The position numbers were made by a program, and so were the translations under genes. Below are positions 41,027 to 50,559 of a DNA stretch of 64,000 nucleotides, piece by piece. This stretch comes from an uncultured virus (IMG/VR IMGVR_UViG_3300042502_001066) (Duplodnaviria > Heunggongvirae > Uroviricota > Caudoviricetes). The number at the start of each line of letters is the position of its first letter. The first letter of the stretch is position 1. The notes below the pieces were generated by a model. It saw nothing but the letters and a program-made list of their open reading frames with translations. It was not told where the DNA came from and did not search any database. The stretch lies in IMG/VR virus record IMGVR_UViG_3300042502_001066, one strand, 5' to 3'.

Positions 41027-43155
41027 GAATTACACAAGTAACACCTGGAATTATTACAATACCACCAAATGGTTGGGGGGCGGTTGAAAAAGTAATATGG
41101 GAATATTACAACAATATTAAAGAGTTAGGACACCAATGTGATATAAAATATCTTAATGAGGTAGATACTAACAGTAGTGATATTATTCATATTCATATGG
41201 CTAATTTGGCTATTGAAGCGGCAAATAGAGGTATCCCTTATATCTTCTCATTACATGACCACCACGTTGTTTATTACGGTAAGGAGTCATCTAACTACCA
41301 ACAAAATTTAGAAGCAATTAAAAGGTCTGTGATATCTTTCACCCACGCTGAGTTTTTAGTTGATTACTTTGATGAGACAGATAAGTTGTTCTATCTATCA
41401 CATGGTGTTAATACTGATTTCTTTAAAAATGACAATCCAAAAAGAACTGAACATAAATTATTGTGTTTAGCAAACAATGGTATTGGTGGTGATTCAACCT
41501 ACGATAGAAAAGGATTTAGATATGCGATTGAATCCGCAATCAAATTAGATTTACCTATTACTGTTGCTGGTCCTGAAAATAACAGAATATTCTTTGAACA
41601 TCACAATGACTTATTAAATTACGATAAGTTAACTTTAATGTTCTCAAATCCAAATGAAGAACAAATATTAGAACTATATAAAAGTCATTCAATCTTCTTA
41701 CATCCATCTATGTTGGAAGCCGGACATCCAAACCTAACATTATTAGAGGCGGTATCTTGTAATATACCCGTTGTTGGTACTTATTTGGGTTCACAAACAA
41801 TAGAAGGAATGGTTATAGTTGAAAGAGATGTAAATCAAATAGTTAGTGGTATTAAACAAGTAATTGACAATTATGATTTATATTTAAATAACACTGAATT
41901 AGATAGACAAAAATACGATTGGAGTGTTATTACTAAAAGGATGGTTAGAATTTATGAAGACCTTATTAACAGTAGAAAAAATTTGAATAGTCTTGAGACA
42001 AAACAAAGATTTGATAAAGTATTTGAAAATACTGAAATAAAACCAAAAGAGATGGTTGAAAAAATTGAAGTAATTAATCATTATATCAACGGAGCGTTAG
42101 TTGAAATTAAGGGTAATAGTGATAAACGATATTTGGTTGAGTTTTGGAATCAGAGTGGTGACTGTGAATATCGTGAGGAGATTGGTTGTAATATGTGGGT
42201 CAGATTAAGTAAGAAATATTTTGATGAGTATACTTTAAAAATTTACTCTGAAGGTAATTTAATTAGTGAAAAGAAATATAATGCGGAGAACAAACGAGTA
42301 TATATCGCTTTAGATTCTAAATCTTTAGGTGATACATTCGCTTGGGCACCTTACGCTGAGGAATTTAGAAAAAAACATAATTGTAAGGTTATCTGTTCAA
42401 CATTCTTTAACGATTTGTTTGTAAAACAATATCCTGAAATACAATTTGTCCCCCCTGGCAGTACGGTTGATAACCTATACGCAATGTATGAGATAGGTTG
42501 GTTTTACGATGGTGATAATGTTAAAACTGATAGACACCCAAGTGACTTTAAATTAGGTCCATTACAAAAAACCGCGACAGACATTTTAGGTTTGGAATAT
42601 AAGGAAGTAAAACCTTTAATTAAAAACCCTAACAAGTTAAAGAAAAAACGAGTTGGATTGGGTATTCATTCAACCGCTCAATCCAAATATTGGAATAACC
42701 CAAAAGGATGGCAAGAAATTACTGATTATCTTATATCTCTTGGTTATGAGGTAATCATTTATTCAAAAGAGGAAGATGGGTATATGGGTAATTTTTATCC
42801 TAAAGGTGCTAAACAAAACCCTTCTGGCTCAATCTATAAACTGATTGAAGAGTTATCTACCTGTGAATTCTTTATTGGAATATCAAGTGGTATTTCATGG
42901 GTTACTTGGGCTTTGGATATCCCAACAGTATTGATTTCAGGATTTACTGAAGAGTTTAACGAACCTTATGATAATGTTTATAAAGTTAGTGCACCTGAAA
43001 ATACTTGTAGAGGATGTGCAAATAAGTTTAGATTAGACCCAGGTGATTGGAATTGGTGTCCAATAAATAAGGGGAATGATAAAATGTTTGAATGTTCTAA
43101 AAAGATAACATCTGAGATGGTAAAAGATAAAATTATTGAATTACTTGGTAAGTAA
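41023..43155 (+). CDS. GT4 domain fused to autotransporter O-heptosyltransferase (TibC/Aah-like, GT9-related)
   Basis: PPNGWGAVEK, HPSMLE..LLEA; SKKYF barrel, SLGDT.AW.PY, STAQSKYWNN, FFIGISSGISW, CRGC...WCP...FEC iron-finger cysteines. Confidence 0.85.
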   Translation: MRITQVTPGIITIPPNGWGAVEKVIWEYYNNIKELGHQCDIKYLNEVDTNSSDIIHIHMANLAIEAANRGIPYIFSLHDHHVVYYGKESSNYQQNLEAIKRSVISFTHAEFLVDYFDETDKLFYLSHGVNTDFFKNDNPKRTEHKLLCLANNGIGGDSTYDRKGFRYAIESAIKLDLPITVAGPENNRIFFEHHNDLLNYDKLTLMFSNPNEEQILELYKSHSIFLHPSMLEAGHPNLTLLEAVSCNIPVVGTYLGSQTIEGMVIVERDVNQIVSGIKQVIDNYDLYLNNTELDRQKYDWSVITKRMVRIYEDLINSRKNLNSLETKQRFDKVFENTEIKPKEMVEKIEVINHYINGALVEIKGNSDKRYLVEFWNQSGDCEYREEIGCNMWVRLSKKYFDEYTLKIYSEGNLISEKKYNAENKRVYIALDSKSLGDTFAWAPYAEEFRKKHNCKVICSTFFNDLFVKQYPEIQFVPPGSTVDNLYAMYEIGWFYDGDNVKTDRHPSDFKLGPLQKTATDILGLEYKEVKPLIKNPNKLKKKRVGLGIHSTAQSKYWNNPKGWQEITDYLISLGYEVIIYSKEEDGYMGNFYPKGAKQNPSGSIYKLIEELSTCEFFIGISSGISWVTWALDIPTVLISGFTEEFNEPYDNVYKVSAPENTCRGCANKFRLDPGDWNWCPINKGNDKMFECSKKITSEMVKDKIIELLGK

Positions 43156-43302
43156 TTCAATAATGTCTTTAACAAATTCAACTATACCATAGATAGTGAA
43201 ACTAAATACTAACACCCCAATTGCGACTTGAGGAACGATACTTTGTTTCATTTTATCACATTTAGTACATTTTTTTTCTTCGGTTTTTTTTAAATTTTCC
43301 AT
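43141..43302 (-). CDS. Small CxxC + TM protein, 53 aa
   Basis: Hand translation MENLKKTEEKKCTKCDKMKQSIVPQVAIGVLVFSFTIYGIVEFVKDIIELLTK; fills an otherwise empty gap. Confidence 0.6.
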   Translation of the reverse strand: MENLKKTEEKKCTKCDKMKQSIVPQVAIGVLVFSFTIYGIVEFVKDIIELLTK

Positions 43303-43322
43303 ATTCTGTGTTATTTATAATT

Positions 43323-43709
43323 ATGAACCTTTTAAGTTGTATAGTAAAAATAATAAATGAAGAAAGGATTGGAAAGCTTTTTGGAGATATTAAAGTTAAA
43401 GTATCTATTGAAAACTCGGCGCACGGAAATACACAAAGGTATAGACATGGTAAAGATGAAGTAATTACTAATGATGAAATCTTAAGTTTATTAAACCTTG
43501 GACTACCTGAAATATTAAGAGGTATTAAAGAGGGAGAGTTAGGACAAGATTCATCAATAGTAGTTTCACAAAAAGATTATCCATTCCTGAATGTTATTAC
43601 CAATTTAGAAGAACAAGATTGTTATAATTTTCAAATTAATATTGTCACTACCATACGTAAGAAAAGATTTTACACAACTGGTAAAAACGATTTCCAAATT
43701 TACGTATAA
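43323..43709 (+). CDS. Hypothetical protein, possible RelE/BECR-like RNase fold
   Basis: H-x4-R..RH...ITxxEI and terminal IVTT strand; TATTTATA 3 nt before ATG. Confidence 0.4.
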   Translation: MNLLSCIVKIINEERIGKLFGDIKVKVSIENSAHGNTQRYRHGKDEVITNDEILSLLNLGLPEILRGIKEGELGQDSSIVVSQKDYPFLNVITNLEEQDCYNFQINIVTTIRKKRFYTTGKNDFQIYV

Positions 43710-43710
43710 A

Positions 43711-43855
43711 TAAAAACCCCCAAAACATCCGATGTAATGAGGGTTTCTATCTTTTTCACCTAACGGTTGAGGCTTTTGCCTTTGAACACACCGGGGTTCA
43801 ATTCCGACTTAATGATTTGGTTGGGTTATTAAGTTGACCCCATTCGTTTAACTTG
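43711..43855 (-). ncRNA. Candidate small structured RNA
   Basis: Minus-strand TATATTTG at 43867-43860, stems GGGGTCAA/TTGAACCCC, ACTTAAT/ATTAAGT, AGGC/GCCT, terminator hairpin plus T-run, no ORF. Confidence 0.45.
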
Positions 43856-43926
43856 AATACAAATATAAATAGAATATCCCGAATAAAAAAATATATTTTA
43901 AACTTTTTTTGACATATCTTTGTCGT

Positions 43927-44064
43927 ATGAAACAGGAAATACTACCACTTAACTTACGTCACGTCGCTCAAATTGTGAGACGAAATATGATTACAAAAGT
44001 TGTACCATGCGGCAAGGAGTATTCGCGTAAAAAACTTAAGAAGGTTGATATCTACCAAGATTAG
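43927..44064 (+). CDS. Small basic protein, 45 aa
   Basis: MKQEILPLNLRHVAQIVRRNMITKVVPCGKEYSRKKLKKVDIYQD; TATCTTTG 4 nt upstream. Confidence 0.6.
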   Translation: MKQEILPLNLRHVAQIVRRNMITKVVPCGKEYSRKKLKKVDIYQD

Positions 44065-44090
44065 AATTATATTTAGATAAAAATTATTTT

Positions 44091-44933
44091 ATGGCATTAT
44101 CATATATTGGAGGTAAGAGTAAGATAGGTAAGTGGATTGTCCCATTCTACCCAACAGATATGGAAACGTATGTTGAAACATTTGGTGGTATGTTTTGGTG
44201 TTTCTTCAACATGGATTTAAAACAATATCCTAATTTAAAAAGAGTTGTTTATAACGACTTTAATCCTTTGAACTATAATTTGTTTATGTGTCTTCAGGAC
44301 CCTGAGACTCTGTTATCCTCAATTAATAGTATCCCATGTCAACAACAAGGTGTGGAAGTAACACCACCAGTTTATAAAGAACAATTTAATGAGTTTCAAA
44401 AGGAAATTTTCTCTCATGGTTTAACAATTAACTATCCTGATTATGGTGTTGCTGCGAAGTATGCTTATGTTCTGACACAGGTTTTCAGTGGTTCAAAACC
44501 TGAGACATCAAGTTTTATTGATTTAAAGGGAAAGTATAAGTCAAAATATCTTACCTTTAGAGATAAATTATCTAAACCTGAATGGGTGGAACATTTCAAT
44601 AGAATATCAGAGTTTAGATTGGGTGATTTTGAAGATGTTATTAAAGAGTTTGATAGTCCAACAACATACTTTTATGTTGACCCGCCGTACTGGAAAACCG
44701 AGAACTATTACTCAAACCACGATTTTGATAGGGAAGACCACGAAAGATTGGCTGATTGTTTGAAAGGTATTAAAGGTAAGTTTAGTTTATCTTACTACGA
44801 TTTTCAGTTGTTGAATGAGTGGTTCCCAAAGGAGGAATACAAATGGGAGAAGAAAGAATTTGCTAAAGCCGCGGCAGCAAAGAAAGGAAAGGTACAAAAT
44901 ATGGGGGAAGAACTATTAATTATGAATTATTGA
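44091..44933 (+). CDS. Dam-like (D12-class) DNA adenine methyltransferase
   Basis: YIGGKS, YVETFGG, YNDFN, YVDPPY, ELLIMNY. Confidence 0.88.
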   Translation: MALSYIGGKSKIGKWIVPFYPTDMETYVETFGGMFWCFFNMDLKQYPNLKRVVYNDFNPLNYNLFMCLQDPETLLSSINSIPCQQQGVEVTPPVYKEQFNEFQKEIFSHGLTINYPDYGVAAKYAYVLTQVFSGSKPETSSFIDLKGKYKSKYLTFRDKLSKPEWVEHFNRISEFRLGDFEDVIKEFDSPTTYFYVDPPYWKTENYYSNHDFDREDHERLADCLKGIKGKFSLSYYDFQLLNEWFPKEEYKWEKKEFAKAAAAKKGKVQNMGEELLIMNY

Positions 44934-44957
44934 TATATTTATATAAAAACTTTAGAA

Positions 44958-46310
44958 ATGAAATTTACTAATATCTTAAAAAACATTATCTTAGAAGATT
45001 CAAGATTTAATCTTCTATATGATAAATTAGTTGACAAAGGTGGTAGAAAACCTGAACCTGGTAAAATCCCTTTTGAAACATTGAGAACTATTATCTTTGC
45101 TGACCCTACTACAAGAGCTCCGCAAAGCTTACTTCAAAATATTGATAGTCTAACACCTGAACAAATGGAAATTGTTAAGGTTGGTAAGTATACTAACTGG
45201 ATATTAAAGAATTTCTTGAAACCATCATTTAGTGATGAAAGAGCGGATGTTGAAGTTGGTTCACCTGAATATAAACAATTAGTTAAAAGATATCGTGACT
45301 TATACCTTGAGGATTTATACAAGGTTACTGACGACTTAAAGAAGTTTGAGAGATTCAAAGGTCAATTAGAAGCTGACAAAAGAGATATTAATAAATTGAC
45401 TGTTGATACATTATTTGATGCGGTTAAGGACTTTAAGTTAGAAAAAACAAAAGGAACAAAACAAGAAAAAGAAGAAGCTAAATCAACTTACCAATACCCT
45501 GGTTCAACGATTGCATTTAAAGGACCAAACTGGACTGTTGTTAAAATTGAAGACCAAACTGAACTTGGTAAAAACGCGGCTTGTTTCTTTGGTGGTTATC
45601 ACGAACCTGATATGGGTGAAACAAGATGGTGTACATCTTCACCTGGTTTAAGTTACTTTAACACTTATATCAAACAAGGACCATTATATGTAATTCTACC
45701 TAATCAAAGTTCTGATTTGGGTAAGAAATCAGGTCTACCTGTTGAAAGATACCAATGGCACTTTCAGTCTAATCAGTTTATGGATAGAAACGATAGAAAT
45801 GTGAATATTGTTGAAATGTTACAAGGTAAGTTGGCGGAACTTAAAGAATTCTTCAAACCTGAATTTGCTAAAGGATTGGCAAAAGAGAATGGTAAGAGAG
45901 TTGATATTGTTTATCCTGAATCTTCAGCAGGTAAGTTCGTTGGATTATATGGATTTAAAGAATTATTTGACAACCTACCAGATGACTTGGAGCAATTAAT
46001 TATCCAAACTTCAAAAAACATTAAAGAAACAATTGCTCTTGAGGTTCCTGAAAGTATTGGAAGATTTGATAAGTTACAAACACTTTTATTAGGTGGTATG
46101 GTTAAATCTGTTCCTGATAGTATTTGTAATTTGACAAGTTTACTATTACTTGCTTTACCAAACAACCCTCAGTTAACGACTATCCCAACGTGTATTAAAG
46201 ATTTACCTATGTTAGGTTTCTTAAATGTAAGTGGAAGTAATGTTAAACTTCCTGAAGAACTTAAAGATGTTTTACATGAGGAAGGTGATGGTTATTATTA
46301 TGTAGTTTAA
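44958..46310 (+). CDS. Protein with TRWCT domain and C-terminal leucine-rich repeats
   Basis: VPESIGRFDKLQTLLL, VPDSICNLTSL, IPTCIKDLPML repeats. Confidence 0.65.
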   Translation: MKFTNILKNIILEDSRFNLLYDKLVDKGGRKPEPGKIPFETLRTIIFADPTTRAPQSLLQNIDSLTPEQMEIVKVGKYTNWILKNFLKPSFSDERADVEVGSPEYKQLVKRYRDLYLEDLYKVTDDLKKFERFKGQLEADKRDINKLTVDTLFDAVKDFKLEKTKGTKQEKEEAKSTYQYPGSTIAFKGPNWTVVKIEDQTELGKNAACFFGGYHEPDMGETRWCTSSPGLSYFNTYIKQGPLYVILPNQSSDLGKKSGLPVERYQWHFQSNQFMDRNDRNVNIVEMLQGKLAELKEFFKPEFAKGLAKENGKRVDIVYPESSAGKFVGLYGFKELFDNLPDDLEQLIIQTSKNIKETIALEVPESIGRFDKLQTLLLGGMVKSVPDSICNLTSLLLLALPNNPQLTTIPTCIKDLPMLGFLNVSGSNVKLPEELKDVLHEEGDGYYYVV

Positions 46311-46348
46311 TAAATTAGTTATATCTTTGTTTCCTAATCTTACTGCCT

Positions 46349-46639
46349 ATGAAAAATGTAGATGCGGAAATTTACTTAAATCAGTTGATAGGGTTCTTCG
46401 AAAAGAACCCCAACGATTTGATTGACTTAATCGGGAAACTTAAGAAAAATACTTTCTACGAAAGGGTTAAAGAAAAAGTTTACGAAAACCTTGATAATGG
46501 TTTGGAACTTATCCTTACCCAGCAACAACTTATTGATATTGTTGTAGGTATGTACGATGAGACAAACAAAACTGTTAAACCATTAGAAATAAAAACACCT
46601 GTTATCAAAACAAATTACGGAATTATTTGGCTTAACTAA
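46349..46639 (+). CDS. Hypothetical protein
   Basis: ORF with TATCTTTG upstream. Confidence 0.6.
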   Translation: MKNVDAEIYLNQLIGFFEKNPNDLIDLIGKLKKNTFYERVKEKVYENLDNGLELILTQQQLIDIVVGMYDETNKTVKPLEIKTPVIKTNYGIIWLN

Positions 46640-46657
46640 GAAAGTGTTGTATATTTG
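46626..46657 (+). promoter_or_regulatory. Bacteroidota-type promoter
   Basis: TTTG-N20-TATATTTG. Confidence 0.7.
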
Positions 46658-46679
46658 TAGTCATAAACAAATAAACACT

Positions 46680-47426
46680 ATGAACCTACAAGATTTAAAA
46701 ACAACAGTACCAGCATTATTCCAAACTGAAAAACTTTCAAAATTATCTGACCGTTACACCATGGTTCCTACCATTGATGTAGTTGACAAGTTCATCCAAA
46801 ACGGATGGCAAGTAAGTGGAGCAAAACAAGTGGGTAAGAGCTCATTTGGTAAACACCAAGTTCGTCTTCGTAACGCAGAACTTCCACAAGTAGGTGACTC
46901 GTTATTAGAGGCGGTAATCACCAACTCACACAACGGAAGTTCAACTCTTCAAGTAGGTGCAGGTTTATTCCGACTTGTATGTAGTAACGGTTTGACTGTT
47001 CCTGTATCAACTTTCGGAGATATGAAACAAACACACTTGAACTTGAGTATGAGTGATGTTGAATTGATTACTGAGCAGTTCGTATTAAACACTCCAAAAA
47101 TCCAAAAGTCAGTAACCCGTATGATGGAAGTTACTATGGATACTGAAAGAAAGATTGACTTCGTATCTAAGGCGGTTGGTATCCGTTGGAAGAACACCGA
47201 GGATATTTCAACTCTAACTTTGGAGACAATCATTGACCCACTTCGTGATGGTGATAGTGATGATAACCTTTGGACAACCTTCAACGTAGTACAAGAGAAG
47301 TTAATCCGTGGAGGGTTCATCAAACAACAAGGACGTAACACTCGTTCAGTAAAGGGTATCCAATCCTTGAATATGGATAACATGATTAACACAAAACTTT
47401 GGGAACTAGCTGAAACATTTTGCTAA
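46680..47426 (+). CDS. DUF932/DUF945-family phage/plasmid protein
   Basis: SDRY..VPT, NSHNGSS, GLFRLVCSNGL, LWTTFNVVQE. Confidence 0.8.
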   Translation: MNLQDLKTTVPALFQTEKLSKLSDRYTMVPTIDVVDKFIQNGWQVSGAKQVGKSSFGKHQVRLRNAELPQVGDSLLEAVITNSHNGSSTLQVGAGLFRLVCSNGLTVPVSTFGDMKQTHLNLSMSDVELITEQFVLNTPKIQKSVTRMMEVTMDTERKIDFVSKAVGIRWKNTEDISTLTLETIIDPLRDGDSDDNLWTTFNVVQEKLIRGGFIKQQGRNTRSVKGIQSLNMDNMINTKLWELAETFC

Positions 47427-49105
47427 TGGACAACCTATTCACACTCATCAACGAAAAATATTATGTCGGTCACTATCTCCCCTACAATTCGGTGGGGGAG
47501 ATTACTGATAGTATTCTTGTAGAACCATTTGGTTTGAAAAATAAATATCATGCGAGAGAGTCTTTTGACGGTAAGCATTATGTTTATACATTTGATAAAT
47601 CAGTTAATAACGATAAAGAGGAGTTTGAAAAAAATTATGGTAATCCTCTTTGTGATGTAACTGTTTTTAGAAGTACTTTTGTTGTTGAGGAGAATGAAGA
47701 TAAGGTTTGTTTAAAAGTATTCTATTGTGGAAAACACAGAAAGGCTGGTGAAGTATTTTTTCGTAAAAGTACCAAACTGAACTACATTACATTTAATAAG
47801 AAAACCAATATTTTTACGGTTGGTAAAAACACTGAATACCATAAGAAAAGAGGTAAGGGTAAAGGTAGTGTTGTTAGAAGAAACTCATTTCCGATATCGT
47901 TAACTACGGATGGTTATCATTCATTTATGAATGGGTTAGATGATACCAAAACATATAATTTAAAAATTACCGAAGGTATTAATGTGTTTTTATCTAAAAT
48001 TGGAGCTGAAAAAGTTTTAAACTACATTGAGTTACCGATGTCTTTATTTGGATGCTTGTTGGACAAACAAGGGGTTAAGAAACCTGATAATTGGAGAGGG
48101 TATTACAATGTATATCCAAAACCAATTAAAAAAGACTATAAGAAATACGGATTTAAGATGGTTGATGCTTATATGAAATTAAACGATGTAAGTTCAGAGA
48201 AAATTAAAAAAGTATTACATAAAGTCCAAAATCCTTGTTTCAAAAGTATTAAAATGTTGATGGATGTCTTTGGGAGAGATTTTATTTTACAAAGACCTGA
48301 AGAAGAATTGTGTATTATTTTTAACACTAAAATTGACGAATCACCATTTCAACCTGTAAGACATTATTTTGAAAATTTCGGTAAAAGGGATATGAGTAAT
48401 TGTTATCAGATTTACTTATTATCTAAAACCGACCATAATTTATCTACTCATACTTTTTACGACCACGTAAGATTTTTTGATATTCTATCAAGAAACGAGC
48501 CGATTAAATGGATGTCTAAAACTTTGAAAGAATTTAATGCTGAACATAGTACTTGGTCAGATAAAGTTGACTTTTACACCACAGGGAAATACTCAAGACA
48601 ATACTCTAATGAATTTGTTGAACAAGTATCAAAACCAATCATAACAAGTGATAAAATGGTATTTAACCCTCTTGTACTACAAAGTAGTGAAGAATATGTT
48701 GATGAGTCAGTACACCAATCTAATTGTGTAAGAACTTATCAAGATAGACCTTCATCATTAATTATATCACTTCGTAAGGAAGATGGGGAGAGAGCGTCAA
48801 TTGAATACAGACCTTCAATCGGTACGAATAATAATCAACCTGTTATATTCAAACGAGTTCAGACACTTGGAAGATTTAATGGTTTATTGGATGATAGTTG
48901 GGATGATGCGATTTCTATATTGGATAATAGATTAAAAAGTATCTCTAATGAAGTGTGGGGTAATCCTATAGCTGAGTTTGTTACTGGTGGTGGAAGAAAA
49001 GAATACAACTTTATTTTTGATAAAGACGGACAACTTAACTGGGGACATTTAACAAATTCAATTGACATTGGAGATGATTTACCTTACATTGACTTTGAAT
49101 GGTAA
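47420..49105 (+). CDS. PcfJ-like domain protein
   Basis: L.SSEEY..ES.HQSNCV.TY...I.SLR...R.SIEY; probable start ATG 47426. Confidence 0.65.
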   Translation: MLMDNLFTLINEKYYVGHYLPYNSVGEITDSILVEPFGLKNKYHARESFDGKHYVYTFDKSVNNDKEEFEKNYGNPLCDVTVFRSTFVVEENEDKVCLKVFYCGKHRKAGEVFFRKSTKLNYITFNKKTNIFTVGKNTEYHKKRGKGKGSVVRRNSFPISLTTDGYHSFMNGLDDTKTYNLKITEGINVFLSKIGAEKVLNYIELPMSLFGCLLDKQGVKKPDNWRGYYNVYPKPIKKDYKKYGFKMVDAYMKLNDVSSEKIKKVLHKVQNPCFKSIKMLMDVFGRDFILQRPEEELCIIFNTKIDESPFQPVRHYFENFGKRDMSNCYQIYLLSKTDHNLSTHTFYDHVRFFDILSRNEPIKWMSKTLKEFNAEHSTWSDKVDFYTTGKYSRQYSNEFVEQVSKPIITSDKMVFNPLVLQSSEEYVDESVHQSNCVRTYQDRPSSLIISLRKEDGERASIEYRPSIGTNNNQPVIFKRVQTLGRFNGLLDDSWDDAISILDNRLKSISNEVWGNPIAEFVTGGGRKEYNFIFDKDGQLNWGHLTNSIDIGDDLPYIDFEW

Positions 49106-49440
49106 ACGAAAAAAAGATATTTCTATTTGAGGATAGACTGTTGGATAAAGAAGGACTTTTATCAATTCTTCAGTTATCTGATGGACACAATCTTTTACCT
49201 AATGATTTTTTGAAAAGAGATAACATAGAAAAAGTTTTTATCAACTCAATCATGTATAGTGATGGTGAGGTTTACTCCGATTTAATATGTAAACTACCCA
49301 ACGGTAGTTTTATTTATTTATCTAAAGCAGATGGGGTTGAGTATAAAGTAAAATTATATTATAACGCTGACAAGTTGAGTGAGGTTAAGTTCTTCTTAAC
49401 TCAACTTTTGAAACAAAAAAAGGAAAGTAAAAATATTTAA
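49099..49440 (+). CDS. Hypothetical protein
   Basis: ORF. Confidence 0.6.
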   Translation: MVNEKKIFLFEDRLLDKEGLLSILQLSDGHNLLPNDFLKRDNIEKVFINSIMYSDGEVYSDLICKLPNGSFIYLSKADGVEYKVKLYYNADKLSEVKFFLTQLLKQKKESKNI

Positions 49441-49444
49441 AAGT

Positions 49445-49750
49445 ATGGAACAATTAACAAGTAGTCAGATACAGGAAAAAATTAACAACGGGGAAGATTT
49501 TATATTAAAGATGTATGCCACATGGTGTGGTCCCTGTAAACAATTAACAGAAGAATTAAAGAAAATCACAACTGATGTGTCAATCTATGAGTTTGATGTT
49601 GAGAGTGATATTAATTTCTCAAAGAGTTTGGGTGTTAGAAATGTACCAGTTTTAAAATTCTATAAAGAAGGTGTTGATACTCACACGATGGTTGGTTTAA
49701 AACCTGCTGATATGGTATCATCATTAATCACTGAACACATTGAGAACTAA
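49445..49750 (+). CDS. Thioredoxin
   Basis: WCGPC, VRNVP. Confidence 0.88.
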   Translation: MEQLTSSQIQEKINNGEDFILKMYATWCGPCKQLTEELKKITTDVSIYEFDVESDINFSKSLGVRNVPVLKFYKEGVDTHTMVGLKPADMVSSLITEHIEN

Positions 49751-50022
49751 TGGCTAATTTATTGGTTGCATATACAATGAAAGGTTGTCATTGGTGTACG
49801 GAGTTTAAAAAACAACTTAAAGAAAATAAGATTAAGTTTAAGGAACGAGACATTGAAAAATACGAAGAGGAGTATAACCTTTTTGTTGAAGTCACTGGTA
49901 ATGATTTTGTTCCGGCATTTATGATTGTGGATACTGTAACAGAAGATGCTAAGTTATTCGCTCCCGACAGAGATTTCCAAGATATAAACGAAGCTGTTGG
50001 AATTATAAAAAATATTTTGTAG
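49750..50022 (+). CDS. Glutaredoxin-like protein
   Basis: YT..GCHWC, FVP. Confidence 0.8.
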   Translation: MANLLVAYTMKGCHWCTEFKKQLKENKIKFKERDIEKYEEEYNLFVEVTGNDFVPAFMIVDTVTEDAKLFAPDRDFQDINEAVGIIKNIL

Positions 50023-50031
50023 TTTTGTTCC

Positions 50032-50559
50032 ATGAAGGAACTAACATTTAAAAAGAAAGGGGTAGTTCATACCCCTTTGACATTTTGGCAAGTTGACCCA
50101 ACATCAAAGATTGCTATCTATCAAGGTGGAAGAGGGGCTCGTCCTGATTTGGATTTCATAGTAAAACATAAGGAGGAAGGTAAGAGATTACGGACACCAT
50201 CACATACACATTGGATTGTTGATTTGATTGCTAAGAAACAATGTGCTCCGAATGTTATTAAGGGTTTTATTGATGACCTGATAAAAATCTATGATGAGAC
50301 CGAACCATTTAATTGTGAGACATCAAGGGATACCTACAAGTTACAGTATGTTAATAAACTCACATCAAAGTATCTTGAGTTACAAGGATGTGGTTATTAT
50401 TCTGTTGAAGTTTTAATTTCTTTTGTTGAGTTGTTCTCCAAGTGTGAAAAACAAACACCAGATGCGTTCATGTTTAGAAACCTATTGGTGATGGTTAAGG
50501 GGTATATTGATGGTGATAGAGACTTCTACCAAATCGTTGGTTATTCTAAACGTGTTTAA
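50032..50559 (+). CDS. Hypothetical protein
   Basis: ORF; TAGTTTTG 4 nt upstream. Confidence 0.6.
   Translation: MKELTFKKKGVVHTPLTFWQVDPTSKIAIYQGGRGARPDLDFIVKHKEEGKRLRTPSHTHWIVDLIAKKQCAPNVIKGFIDDLIKIYDETEPFNCETSRDTYKLQYVNKLTSKYLELQGCGYYSVEVLISFVELFSKCEKQTPDAFMFRNLLVMVKGYIDGDRDFYQIVGYSKRV

Noticed and set aside
43791..43808. GGTTCAATTCC resembling a tRNA T-arm
   Set aside because: T-stem pairs only 2 bp, and no acceptor, D or anticodon arms can be built; no tRNA was recognised in the window
12588..46679. ORF-track TTG/GTG starts at 12588, 14384, 20735, 31261, 43308, 46644
   Set aside because: These extensions run through promoter or leader sequence; downstream ATGs were used instead
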